Shown here: in pieces, positions 27,530-43,093 of the stretch | Layout: the number at the start of each line of letters is the position of its first letter | Position numbering within the stretch: the stretch's first letter is position 1 | From: the human T2T-CHM13v2.0 reference genome, Homo sapiens | Length of the DNA: 64,000 bases | Strand: one strand, 5' to 3' | Assembly (NCBI RefSeq): GCF_009914755.1 | Contig: NC_060934.1 | Translations under genes and position numbers: made by a program | The notes under the pieces: generated by a model | Seen by the model: only the letters and a program-made list of their open reading frames with translations | Databases searched by the model: none | What the model was told of the DNA's origin: nothing

Positions 27530-28620
27530 TATATTCAGTAGTTCATTCATCAGTCATATTTTAAGCCTTTACTATGTGCCAGGGTGTGTTAAGTGCTAGA
27601 GATACTGACAAGAGTAAGATTACATCACAGTTTCCAGGAAAACTCAAAGTGTGGATGGGGACCTTACATAGGCCAACAGATAATTACAATAGTTATAAGA
27701 TGGTGCAATAATTCTATATTATATGTGAGTCCAGGATCCTATGGGGATGGATACAAAGATTTCATCCCAGTTTGGAAGTGTCAGCAAATGTGTCTCAGTG
27801 AAGGAGATGCCTGTGTTGTGCTAAGGATGATTCGGAGGTAAAAAAAGAAGGAGAGAGAGGGGTCCTCTGGCAGTCGAGGACTGTGTGCCTCTGCAAGCTT
27901 CCCTTAACCATGGTTTTTAACTTTCCCTTGGCTGAGTGTTTTTCCACGAGATTAAGAGGCAGAAAAAACAGCAACAATAGGTGCCCTATGACATCATGGG
28001 ATTAAATCATAAATATGGCTTGGGGTGGCTCAGATCTCCTCACATGTTAATGTGCTAGAGGTAGAAGTAGAGGCAAATTAACCATGAAGTAGAAGAGGTA
28101 TTTTAGGAATTGTATCCTTATTTTTGGTTTAAGTTTGTGGCTCAGTCTCCAAAAAGTGAATCTAAGTTATTACAAGCAATTAAAAACATGGCGTTAATGA
28201 TTCATGTATTTTCATTTTTTTATTTGAAATGCCTCTTAGGATTTTTCCTCCCTCTCTACTCCCGTTATTATCACACTAAATTAGGCTCTTATCACTTGAC
28301 ATTTAGTGTACAGTTGTTGGCTCCCAACTTACTTTCTTTGTTCCCTGTTTTTCTCTTCTCTTGCTAATCTGTTATCTCTCTACCATTTCCCTAAAATTCC
28401 ATTTTTACAAGATCATTTCCCTTATCGAGGATGTACAGTGGCTCCCTACTATCCAATTTATTAATCACTTTTATTTATCTCTTGATTGGCTTTTAGATCA
28501 TCCATAATTTGCCTATACTGGGCTTCTCCAGCCTTAGTTTTTACTTAGTACTAAATATCTCTTACTAAGTTTCAACTATAGTCAAACTAGTCTCCCTGCC
28601 TTCGTGCATTATTCCATAAA
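27530..28620. mobile_element. L2 fragments (- then +)
   Basis: L2 terminus ttcattcatcagtcatattttaagcctttactatgtgccagg, and a later L2-like gatcatttcccttatcgaggatgtacagtggctccc. Confidence 0.6.
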
Positions 28621-29217
28621 TACTTGCTAAAATATTGTGTATAAAACTGTGACCCAAAGAGACATGAGACCTCTCATCATGGTACACAGAGTCGATTGGA
28701 GAATACAAGTGTTAATAGAATAACACATTAAGAAAAAGTACAGGGACATAAATTAGTCTTTTACTACCTTTTCACAATATATGTATGCATGCATGTATGT
28801 ATATGCACATGCAGACATACACACATACTTCTGTTGTTTTCATATCTTTCCATATGCTAAATCTGTTACAAGGGATTACTTCCTTCTTTTACTACCTTAT
28901 AAGTAGAGCTTCTCCTGAACTACCTTTATCTATTACTAATGTGTCATGCATGCCAGAATAGTGGGAGACATCATGTACTTTTTCTTCTTTATCCCTCAGA
29001 TATAATCAAGCATATAATCCTCCTCCTTTTAAAAATATTTATTTCTGTAGATCTTCATTTTTCACCTGGTCTAATGACTTCTAGTGTGTCTTCTTGCTTA
29101 CACTCTTCACAGTTAGTGCTCCAAAAGTTTTCCATTATACAGCAAAATCACATAACATACTTGTTAAATTTACCATTTCAACAATTATTTTTTAGGGAAA
29201 GGGTTGGGGGAGAGAGT

Positions 29218-29300
29218 CACACACACACACACATACGCACACACACATACAGAGAGAGAGAGAGAGAGAGAGAGAGGGAAAGAGAGAGGAAAGAAAGAGA
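29218..29300. repeat. (CA)n(GA)n compound microsatellite
   Basis: Read directly from the sequence. Confidence 0.95.
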
Positions 29301-29535
29301 ATAAGTAAGAACAATTTAAATATTTCTGATGATCTCACCTACCATTCATTAAATGTGTGCCCTGAAATAAGTTTAAGATAATGAAAGTTGATCTGCTTCT
29401 TTCAGGTAGTCTTATAGTTTGAGCATTAGCCAATATAAGCATAATTCTATTTAAAGATAGTGTTTTTTTTTTGCATTGCAAGACTCCAAAATGCAACTAA
29501 GCTACTTCATCACGTGGTTTTTCATGAAATGCTGA

Positions 29536-29903
<368 letters not shown>

Positions 29904-30369
29904 CATTTGAATATTCTACTCAATAATATATTCTGAAAATAATTCTCTATCAGTTCTTAGAGTTCTTCTTTATACTTGTCTACAGCTGTAGTGCTGCATT
30001 GTGTAGCTGTTCTGTAGTTTATTTAATTATTCTTCTATGTTTTGGCTTTTTAAAATATTTTATAGTTTCTTGCATTGTTCTAAATAACCTTGTGCTTATG
30101 TGTATTTATATTTTGAAAGTGCATCTTCAGGAAAAATTCCCAAAAGTGAGATTACTTATCAAAACACATATTTTTTCTTACATATTGTCAGATTCCTCAC
30201 TAGATTGTTGTGTGATTTTACATTCATACCAGCAAGATATGAATTCCTGTTTTCCCTTAGCCTCAACAACATGTGTTGTCAAGCATTTTAATTTAGCCAA
30301 TATGTTAGGTACAAAAGTCTCAGTCCAGTATTTACATGTATTTTTTAATATTGGTAAAGGGTGCTATCT

Positions 30370-30660
30370 TTTTTATTTTATTATTTTATTTTATTTTAAG
30401 TTCTGGGGTACATGTGTAGGTTTGTTACATAGGTAAATGTGTGCCATGGTGGTTTGCTGCACCTATCAACCCATCACCTATGTATTAAGCCCAGGATGCA
30501 TTAGCTATTTTTCCTAATGCTCTCCCCCCTCAAACCTACCACCCGACAGGCCCCAGTGTGTCTTGTTCCCCTCCCTGTGTCCATGTGTTCTCATTGTTTC
30601 CCTCCCACTTGTGAGAACATGTGGTATTTTGTTTTCTGTTCCTGTGTTAGTTTGCTAAGG
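30370..30660 (-). mobile_element. L1PA (about PA8-10) 3' fragment
   Basis: Contains taagttctggggtacatgtg...gtgccatggtggtttgctgcacc. Confidence 0.9.
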
Positions 30661-30759
30661 TGACTGTCTTTTTATGTGGTTATGAGCCATTACTCTATTG
30701 CCTGTTCAGGTTTTTTGCCCATTTTAGTACCAGATTTTTTTTCATCATTTTCCCCTTTA

Positions 30760-32820
30760 AGTTTTTCTTTACATTGTAAAATACACATAACATAAAATTT
30801 GCCATCTTAACAGTTTTCAAGTACACAGTTCAGTGGCACTAAGCACATTCATCTTTCATGCAACAATCACCACTCTCCATTTCCAGAACTCTTTTCATCT
30901 TGCGTAACTGAAACTCTGCACCTGTTAAACAATAACTCCTTTTTCTTCCCCTCCCCCATCCCCTAAAACCACCATTCTACTTTTTGTCTCTATGATTTTG
31001 ACTGCTTTACATACCTCACGTAAGTGAATCATATAGTATATTTTATGACTGGCTTATTTCAGTTAGCACAATGTCCTCGAGATTCATCTGTGTCGTAGCA
31101 TTTGTCAGAATTTTCTTCCTTTTAAAGGCTGGATAATATTCCATTATATGTATATGCCACATTTTTGCTCATTTGTTATCTGTTGATGGACACTTGGGTT
31201 GTTTCCATGTTTTAGCTATTGTAAATAATGCTGGTATAAATATAGCTGTACAGATATTTCTTTATGAGCCTGCTTTTATTTTTTGGTGGGTGTATACTCA
31301 GAAATGAAGTATCTGTGTCATATGGTAAGCCTATTTTTAGGCTTTTGAGGAGCTGCTATCCTGTTTTCTATACTGGCTCTACCATTTTACATTCTCACCA
31401 ATGGTGCATAAGAGTTTCAACTTTGCCATAGCCTTGTTATTTTCTGTGTGTGTGTGTGTGTGTTTTCAATAGCTATCCTAATGGTGTAAGGTGGTATCTC
31501 ATTGTGGTTTTTATTTGCACTTTCCTAATGGTTAGTGATACTGAACATCTTTTCATGCACTTATTGGCCATTTGTATATCTTCTTTAGCAAAATATCTAT
31601 TCAAGTCCTTTGCCCACTTTTGAATTCAGTTTTTTTTCCATTGTTATTGAGTTTTAAGAGTTTTCTGTATATTCTGGATATAATGCATTATTTGATATAT
31701 GATTTGCAAATTTTTCTGTTATTCCTTTACATTCTGTTGATAGTGTCCTTTGCTGCAGAAAGCTTTTAATTTTTATAAAGTTCAGTTTTTCTATTTTTTC
31801 TATTGTTACCTTTACAGCTTTTGATATGATTTGGCTGTGTCCCCACCCAAATCTAATCTTGAATTGTAGCACCCATAATCCCCATGTGTCATGGGCATGA
31901 CCTGGTTGGAGATAATTGAATCATGGGGGTGGGTCTTTCCTGTGCTTCTCAGGATAGTGAATAAGTCTCATGAGATCTGATGGTTTTATAAAGGGGAGTT
32001 CCTGTGCACACACTCTTTCTTTCCTGCCACCATGTAAGATGTGCCTTTGCTTCTCCTTTGCCTTCTGCCATGATTATGAGGCCTCCTCAGCCATGTGGAA
32101 CTGTGAGTCTATTACACTTCTTTTCTGTATAAATTACCCCATCTTGAGTATGTCTTTATTCACAGTGTGAGAACAGACTAATAATACCTTTGATGTCATA
32201 TTCATGAAATCATTACTGAATCAAATGTCATGAAGCTATTGCCCTCTGTTTTATAGTTTTCACACTTACGTTTAAGTCTTTGATTCATTTTGAGTTATTT
32301 TAATATAAGGTGTTAGGTAAGTGTCCAGTTTCATTCTTTTGCCTGTGGATATTCAGTTTTCCCAACAGCATTTGTTGAAAAGACTGTCCTTTCCCTGTTG
32401 AGTAGCATTGGCAACTTGTTGAAAATCATTTGACCATATACGTAAAGGTTCATATCTGCGCTCTCTGTTCAGTTCCATCAATCTATATGTTTGTCTTTGT
32501 GCCATTACAAAACCGTTGGATTCCCATACGTTTGCAGTACGTTTTTGGATCAGAGAGTGTTAGTCCTCCAAGTTTGTTCTTTTTCGGGATTGCTTTTGAT
32601 ATTTATATTCCCTTGAGATTACATATGAATTTTAGGGTGGATTTTTGTGTTTTCGAAAAAATATTGTGATTTTGATAGGGATTGTGTTGCATCTGTAGAT
32701 CACTTTGGGAAATATTGACATTATAGTATTAAGTCTTCCAATTCATGAATGTGGGATGTTTTTCCATTTATTTATGCTTTCTTTAATTTCTTTCAGCAAT
32801 GTGTTGTGGTTTTTATTATA
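30760..32820 (-). mobile_element. L1MB 3' segment containing a THE1 LTR
   Basis: L1MB 3'UTR (cataacataaaatttgccatcttaac...cagtggcactaagcacattca) followed by ORF2. Confidence 0.85.
31822..32186 (+). mobile_element. THE1 (B/C-like) MaLR solo LTR
   Basis: Runs from tgatatgatttggctgtgtccccacccaaatc to gaacagactaata, with TSD (g/c)cttt. Confidence 0.93.
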
Positions 32821-33865
32821 TCACTTTTAATTTTTAAGAGCACTTTATTTATTAGGGGTGTTTGTATTTTATCTGTGAGAAAGTTGCAAATCTTTTCTCA
32901 CAGTTAAATATATATCTTTCAACTTTGTTTATTGCATTTTTTGGACATTTATAACTTTAGTTTTTGAAGTGAAATTTATTATTTTTCTTTTGGATTTTGA
33001 GTCATAGTTAGAGATCTTTTTCTACAACCAGTTTATGCTAGAATTTATTAATATTTTTTCTATAACTTGTAAGAGTTGTATTTATGTCTGGATTTTTGAT
33101 ACACTTGGAATTGTGTATGTTTGAGTTATGGATCTGATTTTATCTTTCCTCAAATATCTATCCAGGAGTCCTAGCACCATTTATTATTATGTCTCTTCTT
33201 TTAGCCCCAGTAATCTGAGAGCTCGCCTTTATCATTTACTGAAATTCTATTTTGGGTTTACTTCTCTTTTGTTCCTCAGTCTCTTATTCATACATTAGCA
33301 TCACACTATTTGAAATACAGAGAATTTTTTATTTTAATATTTGTTTGGGCTAATTCCCTACTAGTTTCTTTTCTTTCTCAGTTTTTCTTAATTTAGTTTG
33401 CATGTTCATTTTTCCATATGAACTTTCATAACGCTATAAAAACTTTTTGATTTTTTTTGGAATAGTATCAAATTTATAAATTGACTCAGGGAAAATGACA
33501 CCTTTATGACATTGAGCTTTTCTATAGAAGAACAAAGGACATCTTCCTATTTATTCAACATTATTCTATATCCCTCAGATATGTTTTAAAGTTTTTCTCA
33601 CCTAGGCTTTGCATTTTTGTTGTGTTTATATGAAATATTCTATTTTCTATTTTTTATTGTAAATGCCTTTATTATAACATTATATTCAGTCTACCATGTT
33701 ATTTATTGTGTATATGAAAGCTATTGATTTCTGTATGTTGAGTCTGGGTTTTGATAGTTTACTGACTTCATTACTTTAATTTGCTTCATCACAGACGTTC
33801 TGTGATTTTTCAGAAATTGCGAATTGAGATAGTTTTACTTGTTTTTCTATTCTAATGCTCGAATT

Positions 33866-35282
33866 CAGCATTTCTCATACTTTTTGGTCTCAAGACTTCC
33901 TTTATATGCTTAAATATTTTTGAGTGCCCCAAGACTTTTTGATTATGTGAGGTATACCTATTAATCTTTAGCTTATTAGAAATTAAACTCAGAATATTCC
34001 AAATGTTCATTAATTTTTTTAAAAGGACAGTGGTAATCCATTTTTTACAGTTAAGAATTTTTTTAACTGTATGTTTGCACGGATCTGTACAGCTAAGAAA
34101 ACCCTATGTTTTATGAAACATGCAAAGCTAGTGAGAAGATTGATATGGTTGTACATTTTGTATAAATGTTTTTGACATCTGGCCTAATAGAAGACAGATG
34201 GATACTTATATCCATTTATGCATTTAGTCTTTTGCAATATTTATTTTGGTCAAACTATATGAAAATTATCTGGCCTTATACAAATTTGTAGTTGGAAAAT
34301 GAGGATTTTTTTGTAATGTTTTTCAGAAAGTTGTGGATATTTTCCTTTGTACTCCCAAACTTGACATGTGGAAATTTCTTAAATGTTATTTCCGATCTGA
34401 AACCATTTCAGAGGACTTGTTGGACCATGTTACTTAAAAGCCATTAGTATATATTACAATTTGAATGGATCTTTTACCCATACATGACTTTGTTATATAT
34501 ATATCAGAGAAATTGTTTCACCGAGTTATGTAGATATTTCAAATGTTGATACGTTTAACCCAAAATGTAAAACATCACATTAAAATTACCACTGATCTCA
34601 TCAGAAGATGTTAATATTGGGAAGCTGTCAAGCCATGGTGGTAGATACAAGTTTTCTTAAACTTGAATTTTGTTATTGTCAGAAAATTCTGCCAGTTGTT
34701 TTCCGTGAAGTAGAGTTCATTTTGTGCATTTTCTAGAAAATGTCTGCCAGATATCTTTAATCTGAATAACCATAATTTATCTGTCAATTTTTCTTGGAAG
34801 GAAAATGGTGTTCCATGAAATAAATGCTAATTCAGCACACAACTAAAACAATTGTACAAGTGATTTTTCTTGAGAAAAACACTATAATTTGGTATGCAGA
34901 GTAAGTGCTTTGCGCATACTTTCCTATTTGTTGAACTGAATATTAAAAAGAAATGTATGCAAAGCCTTAGATTTAGTAATATTCATAATTTTTACTTTTT
35001 GATCAAAGGCTTTCTTAAGTGAAATTGAATCATTTTCTTCTAGTGGTTACAGTGAAGAATACAATCGTTATTAATCAAATTTGATGCCATTGCCTTGATT
35101 AATGCTAAGACGCCAGCAAAATTTTAACCCCCATATTTTTGCATTATCAGTAAAAGTATCAGTACAGTAGAAAAAGCAATAATATCATAGTATTATTGGA
35201 GGAAAAGTTTTGGCATTGAGGACCTCTTGAAAGAGTCTTGGGGATCCTTTGGGGTTTGCATACCTTACTTTAAGAAACACAG
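33866..35282 (-). mobile_element. Charlie1a (hAT) DNA transposon, about 1.4 kb
   Basis: Ends cagcatttctcatactttttggtctcaagac and gacctcttgaaagagtcttggggatcc...ctttaagaaacacag. Internal gccattgccttgattaatgctaagacgccagc matches the Charlie1 consensus as recalled. Confidence 0.85.
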
Positions 35283-35461
35283 ATTATTAATATATTTTTC
35301 TTCTCTATTTGCATTTACTGTTGCCTCCAGTACATTCTTAAACAATAGTGGAGGAAATGGGTGACCTTACCTTTTTTCTAATATTAAGTGAAGTATGTAT
35401 TTGCCCACTAAATAGGATGCTGTCTCTAAGACTAAGTATAAACTTTATCATGTTTAAAAAG

Positions 35462-35650
35462 CACTGGGGACTGTTGTGGGGTGGGGGGAGGGGGGAGGGA
35501 TAACATTAGGAGATATACCTAATGCTAAATGACGAGTTAATGGGTGCAGCACACCAACATGGCACATGTATACATATGTAACAAACCTGCACGTTTTGCA
35601 CATGTACCCTAAAACTTAAAGTATAATAATAAAATTGTTTAAAAAAAGAA
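35462..35650 (+). mobile_element. L1PA3/4-like 3' fragment with G-rich tract
   Basis: Contains ctggggactgttgtggggtggggggagggggg...cacatgtaccctaaaacttaaagtataat followed by an A tail. Confidence 0.93.
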
Positions 35651-36315
35651 AAACACTTGGGAGTACTTAACAGAGAGATATGTTGAAATATTGTTGTTGA
35701 GAAATAAACTAGAATCAATGGGTAAAAAAAAAAAATATATTTTAATTCTTGCTTTCATGAGGGCTTTTAAGTCAGAAATGGATGTTATATTTTCCCAAAG
35801 ATTTTTGATCGTTTATGGCCATAATGATGTCATTTTTCTCCTTAGATGTTTTGCTATATTTTATTATACTAATGGACTCCTTAACCCATTACTATAGTTC
35901 TTGGAATAAATCTTATTTGGTCATGATGTATACATATCTTTATATAGAATTAGATTCAGTTTGTTAATATTTTACTTTGTAGTTTTTGCTGATATTGATA
36001 AATTATATTGATTGGTAATTTTCTTTTCTTGTGCTCTCTTTACTGTTTTGCACTTTATTGTTATACTTGCTTTATAAACAATTTGGAAGACTTCCTTCAT
36101 TTTCTGTACTCTGGAATAATTTAGGTAGCATTGGGATGATCCGGTCTTTAAAGGTTTGGTGTAATTATCCGATGAAACCATCAGGGCCTGGCACTTTTTG
36201 GTTTGGCAATTTCTTTAAAACTTTCTCTATTTAGTATATAAATCAGTATTTTAAAACGTTTTATTATTGAGTAAATTTTATGAGCTGTATTTGTCTTGGA
36301 AATTATTTTATCTAG

Positions 36316-36627
<312 letters not shown>

Positions 36628-38502
36628 GGTTTTCAAATTTATTGACATAAAGATTTGCATCTATGCCTTTTTAATTTCAATGGTTTTTCTTCCTTATCAT
36701 TTTGTGTTTGATATTTGCTTTCTCTTTCCCTCCTCTTAAAAAACAAGTATATTTTTTATTTTTTCAAGAAATGAGGAGTTTGATTTATTAATTAGATCAA
36801 TGTTTTTCTTTACCTCATTGATTTTTATGCTTACTTTTGTTATTTCCTTCACTTTGTTTCTTGTGACTGACTGTTGTTTTTTTTTTAGCTTTTGATTAGC
36901 TTTACCAGCACATTTATTTTATTCTTCTGTTTTGTCAACAAACGTGTTTAAGACTATAAATTTTCCTAAAACTATCAAGTTTACGACTATAAATTGTATA
37001 TATATAAATATATATGCACACACACAGTGCACAGTAAAGGGGAAAAAGCCTTTAGTCATACATATACACGTATATACATACACACACTGTCATATATATA
37101 TATATATATATATATATATGACTAATGAGTTTACACATACACACACACACACACACACACAGTTCAGGAGGAAGGACATTTTGTATATTTTATTAATTTT
37201 TAGTTTTTCTGAATTTTTTTGTCAGTACTGTTTTTAATACCTCTATTTTATAAAACTTATGCTTTTATTGTGACCTAAATATGATAAAATTTTGTGAATG
37301 TTTCATGTGCACTCGAGATGAAAGTGAGTTATATAGCTCATGAGGATGAAAAGTTTGATATATATCCATAATTTGAAGCTTAATTGATTACAGAGTTTTG
37401 GTCTGCTATTTCTTTACTTTGTTTTACTCTTACTGAAAGTGATGTGTTAAAATATATTTTTATTATGCTTTTATCTCTTCTTGCATATCTTGTCATTTCT
37501 GCTTAATAAAGGTGGTTGCTGTGTTAATTGGTGCATGAGTATTCATGAATGTGATATTTTATTGTCAGTTGTGGCTTTTAGTCTTAAAAAAATCTTTGCT
37601 ATGTTTAATGTCTTTTTTGTTAGAGTCTACTTTGATAGCAAGATCACAACCCCTGCTTTCTTACTGGTTTCACTCACTTTGGATGCTTCAGCCTTTCTTA
37701 ATCACTTTGTTTTAGGTGTGTTTTTTGATTATTTAGCATGTAGTTGAGTCTTATTCTTGAACTAAATTGAAAAATTTGGTCATGTAATGAGTTTGTTAAG
37801 CCTATTCACATTGATATGACTATTGTATTTGATCTCAACTCTGTAATTTATATTGTTATAATTCTATGTGTTTTATAATATGTTTTATTTGCTGGGGTTT
37901 TTTCACTCTGTGATTTGTTTCCTTTGCTCTTTAATTTTTAAAGTTTCCTTAAAACTTTAAAGTTTTAAAGTTAGGAAGGCTTAATTTTTGTTCCAGCAGT
38001 TGCCTTTTGAAATACCTTTAGACCCTCTTGTTAAAACACCTTTTGAAATGCCTTTAGACCCTGTTGTTAAAATGTCACCCTTTGCCATCTCATCTGTCAG
38101 ATTTTAATTGTTTCCTTTGATGTATTGTTTGTAGATTGCTAAAGAAGGGCTCATGGTGGACTGTATTCCGTGAGTTCTTTCATGTTTAAAACTGTTTTTC
38201 TACATACTTGATACTTGAAGAACAGTTTAGCTGAATATAAATACTGTATTTTATATTTTCTTTGCTTGAGTTCTTGAAAATATTGTTCCATTGCAGTCTT
38301 GCTTTATGTGTTGCTTTTCAGAAGTGTGATGTCAGTCTAATTCTCTTACGCTAGTAACTTATTTGGTCTTTTTCCTTGAGGCCTCAAAGATTTTTCTTTA
38401 TCTTTAAACCCTAATAATTCCAATAGGATATGTTTCACAGTTGATCATTGAAGATCAATTTACCCAGGTATCTGGTAGGCTCTCCCTATATGTAGATTAA
38501 AG

Positions 38503-39055
38503 CAGAGATTCTAAACTTTCTCAGTTCATAGTGCCTATAAAATCTCAGAAATATTTTCATGGAGTTCCTAGGCCAATAAATACATATAACAGTTCTATTT
38601 ATTAAGTAGTTCAGTCCAAAGAACTTAATAAATATTTATGTTCTAACAACTTGGTGACCATTTGCAAATGGTTGCAAGAAAAACGATAGTGTTTTTGTTT
38701 GTTTGTAACCCAGGTCACCTACTATTGCATTGTGTGAGCTTATTGAGCACTGTACAATTTCTCACACCTTAGAATCAAATTGGACAGTGTCTGTTCTACA
38801 TTGATTTTCATGTCGTGTTTGCTTTTTTAAAATCACAACTATTGACAATTTAACTTCAGAAATATTTGATGTCATGAGATATAGTGCTATCTAATGTTCT
38901 GTGAAATATTTTGAACAAGTTGTGCGATTTTCAACAGATGTTATATATTGGTGTGTTTTTCTCTAAAATTTAAAATATCAAAGAAAATCACATACCATGC
39001 TTGTGAGTTCACTCAGCATACTGGTATGTCTCAGCACACAGTTTGGGAATCATTG
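38503..39055 (-). mobile_element. MER119 (hAT-Charlie)
   Basis: Runs from cagagattctaaactttctcagttca to cacagtttgggaatcattg, with 8-bp TSD gattaa(a/g)g. Confidence 0.85.
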
Positions 39056-39284
39056 GATTAAGGTCATTTAATTCTATAACATTCTTTTGGTATATATTTA
39101 TATATGTATGTATGTATTTGTGTGTGTGTGTGTGTGTGTGTTTATGTGTGTGTGTATGTGTGTGTATATATATATATATATACACTCTTCCACTGTTTCA
39201 TTTTCTTTAAGGACTTCAATTATACATATCCATTCTTTGCCTATTTTAACTACTTTCTTTGAGATTTTTAAATTTTTAAAGTAA

Positions 39285-39580
39285 TTTTTTTTTTTTTTGA
39301 GACAAGGTCTCACTCACCCAGGGTGGAGTGCAGTTGGCGTGATCTTGGCTCACTGCAACCTCCACCTCCTGGGTTCAAGCGATTCTCCTGCCTCAGTCTC
39401 CTGAGTAATTGGGATTACAGGCAGGCATCACCACACCAGGCTAATTTTTTTTGTATTTTTAGTAGAGATGGGGTTTCACCATGTTGGTCAGGCTGGTCTC
39501 GAACTCCTGACCTCAGGTTATCCACCCACCTCAGCCTCCTAAAGTGCTGGGATTACAGGTGTGAGCCACTACACCTGGCC
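39285..39580 (-). mobile_element. AluSx-like
   Basis: Full dimer with cctcagg. Confidence 0.93.
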
Positions 39581-39910
39581 TGTGGTTTTTTAAATGTCTT
39601 TTAAAGCTCACTTTCATTTTCTTCAATTCTCCTTGTTAAGTTTTAATTCATATCCATTCTTCCTTGGGCATTTTGTAATTTATTTCTGATATGATGTTTA
39701 TTTTTTTCTTCTATTTCTTTTCTGAGTTCAAAAAAAAAATTTCTGAGTTCATTTCTTACTCCTTCCTGATTAGTTTTCTTCTTAGTTTTGGGATTTCCGT
39801 TGCAATATTTGTTTTAATATTCCCCATATACTTGTTTGAGAATATTTAATTCAGTTGGATTATTGTGGTATAGTCTTCTTTTGCTTTGTGTTTAGGTTTA
39901 AATCAGCTGA

Positions 39911-40268
<358 letters not shown>

Positions 40269-41299
40269 TGATTGTTCTTGTACTTCCTTGTATAGGGCTG
40301 GCAGTTTTGATGTGAGTTGTGAGATTTCTAGTTCAAGAGCTACCCACTCTTGTCAGTGAAGTGAAATATAGTTTATTTAATGGATGGCTCCTTTGGAGCA
40401 TAGTGATAGGAGGGGAGGGAGTATGTGTCTTCCAGTTTTTTAAAAAATTATGTGTCTTACAGTATCCTCAATTTACCCTTTTGGCTCATTTTCCCCTTTA
40501 CTGTGCAATTTCCAACAGTTGCCTCTCTCTCACTCATCTTTCTCGGTGAGCACTGCCTTTTCTAGAAAGCTTTTTGGAGTCCCTTGTGCACTTTTAGGTC
40601 ATTTCCGTGTAATTACACTTTGATCTATTAGGACTTCTTTCTCTAGTACTTTCACACCTAGGATAGACGTTGTGTTTCTGAGGGTGGCTGAGTTTAATCA
40701 TAAACCCTTCATTCCGTTCTTCTTTCTTCCGTACAGTTTTTGTGGATCCTGGCTTCTTGTCTTTCAAGGCTTAGGGCAGGGTGTTAGAAACAAATCTACT
40801 GGAAAATGTCACTTATTTGTTCTGTATAGAGCTAATTTGATGTTTGTAGTGTTCTCTCTTCTAGTTATACTGCAAGTGTGTTTTGTATGGCTTCATTTAT
40901 TCTTACTGTTTATATAGTTTTTGAAGGATATTTTGCAATTTTTGTTCGTATGATCACCATTATTTTAGCTATACTCACTGTATTTTATTAAAATGAAAGT
41001 CTGACATGTTATGTCTCCGCTTTAAATCCATCAGTTGCTTATATACTTCAGTCAGGTGCAGTTACTGTAAAAATGGCTATATTTAATACAATAAAGAATG
41101 TTATTCCCTGTGGAACACAGGAGATTGTGTGTCCTGCCTTTGAAATGTTCTAAAAAGTCTCAGCTGGTGAAATGAAACAGTTCTTCTGGGTCTTTAGGTA
41201 CGTTAAGTTTGCTATACAATTTGCAATCCCTGGATTAAAGGTGTAGGACTAAATTGTTTGGTATAATGTGGAAGACTTTTCTCCTACTTGACTGGTCCA

Positions 41300-41690
41300 G
41301 ACTTCTTGCTCCAAGGGAACTAAGCTGTATATAGTTCTCTTTGTGCACCAGGGTCTCTGGGTCTGTTTCTTTAATGGAATAGCCTTTGCTTTCCTTGTTT
41401 CCTTACTCATTTTTCAAGACTCTTCTGAGGTGTCATATCCACCAGAATTCTTTTCTGACCTCTAATCTAGAGTAGTTACCTCCCAGTGTCCATCCTTAGG
41501 AGCCTGTAGACACTTCTGTCATCACACTTGTCACAGTATATTGACATTTACTGTGTACACAGAGGCCTGACCCACTAGACTGACCGTTCTGAGAGCACAG
41601 CCATGTCTTATTTTTTTTGTAAATTCCCATTGTGTTAATCTAACACAATGTCTTCTACATAATGGGTATTCCATAGGATTTGTTGAACAG
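41300..41690 (+). mobile_element. L2 3' end
   Basis: Contains cccactagactgaccgttctgagagcacagccatgtc...atttgttgaa. Confidence 0.75.
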
Positions 41691-43093
41691 GGTACTAAAA
41701 GTAAAGTTGCAGAATTTCTAAGAGAATCTCTCATATTTGATACCCTGGTTTCTAGAATGAAACCTAATGTGAACGGGTAAAATTCTGAGAATAAATTAAA
41801 AGCTATAACATACTTTTCTAGTTAATGAGGAACCTTATTTGCTGCCAGCTGGGTCAATTTTATCTAAAACATAAAAGAACATTATAATTAAGATAAATAG
41901 TTGCTGGTTGAGAAATTTTTTCTTCTAAGCTAATCACATCGGCGACATCGTTCTTTATGTAAAACACTGAGAGTTTTTACTTTTAGCTCAAGTCCTGTAT
42001 TTGTTAGTCTGTTTATACTCATGGATGGTGACAGGTGATATTGCTGAACACCCCACCCCCCCCCAAAAAAAAACCCTGACCTGATTTTCTGTGTACTGCG
42101 GCAAATGAAAAATAAGGGTTCAAAATCCAACCAGGGCCCCTTGCCTCATTGTGATGGAGATAGCAAAAAGGTGGGCCTAACTTGAACTTTGGGATTGTTC
42201 ATCCAAATACCTTATTCTTTTTCCTCTATTATATCTCTCCTCGACATCCAACCCCCTCAAGTCACACTGCTTTATGATCCACCCTAATCCAGCCCCGTCG
42301 AGTCACACTGTTTTATAAACATATTTCTTCATTACAGTTAATCATGGTACAGCACATCTGCCTTTAAGCATAGTTTCCTGAGATATCTTTATATGTCCCA
42401 GAGGCCTTCTTTTCTTGTAGCTGCTCCACATAGTATATCTCACCCTTCACACACTACACTTGTGATTGTCCTCCTTTTTCTACTTCTGTAGTCCTTAATA
42501 GTGGACTTTTAATGGTCTATTTATGTTCGGTGCTTCTTGTGACTCAGAGGACAAAATGGTGTTAGAAATCTTTAAGTTGCATCTTATTCATTAAGGAGCC
42601 AGGCACATACAGTCTGTGATCATGGAAGAGAGAGAAGCTGCCTGGACCATCTGTGGGTCTGCTCTTCACACTTGCCATGGTGTTTTAGCCAGCTGGGCTG
42701 TTCGCTTGTTAAAAATGGCACCTGAAATCACATTGAGATGGCCTTTCCAGTGGTATAATAGTTTTGGCAATTGCAGTGCCTAATACAGAGATACCTTTAA
42801 TGATCTTTATGTTTATAAGTTGGTGGCCTACTATGGGATACCTGGTGTGTGAGTATGGCCTTAATCTAAAATGTGAGTCACAAAATTGTTGCTATTTGTC
42901 TCTACATATGAATATTCTCTTTTCCTGCTGATTTCTATTATTGAACTGTCATTTTTGTATTATTCCTAGAATGGATCAGCATTTTGAGGTGAAATTAAAA
43001 TATCATTCTGAAAAATAATGCTGTCACCCTAGCAGGAGTTTTTATTCTAATCAACTAATCTGAACTGTAGGAAATGTAAATACTGTTTTATAG

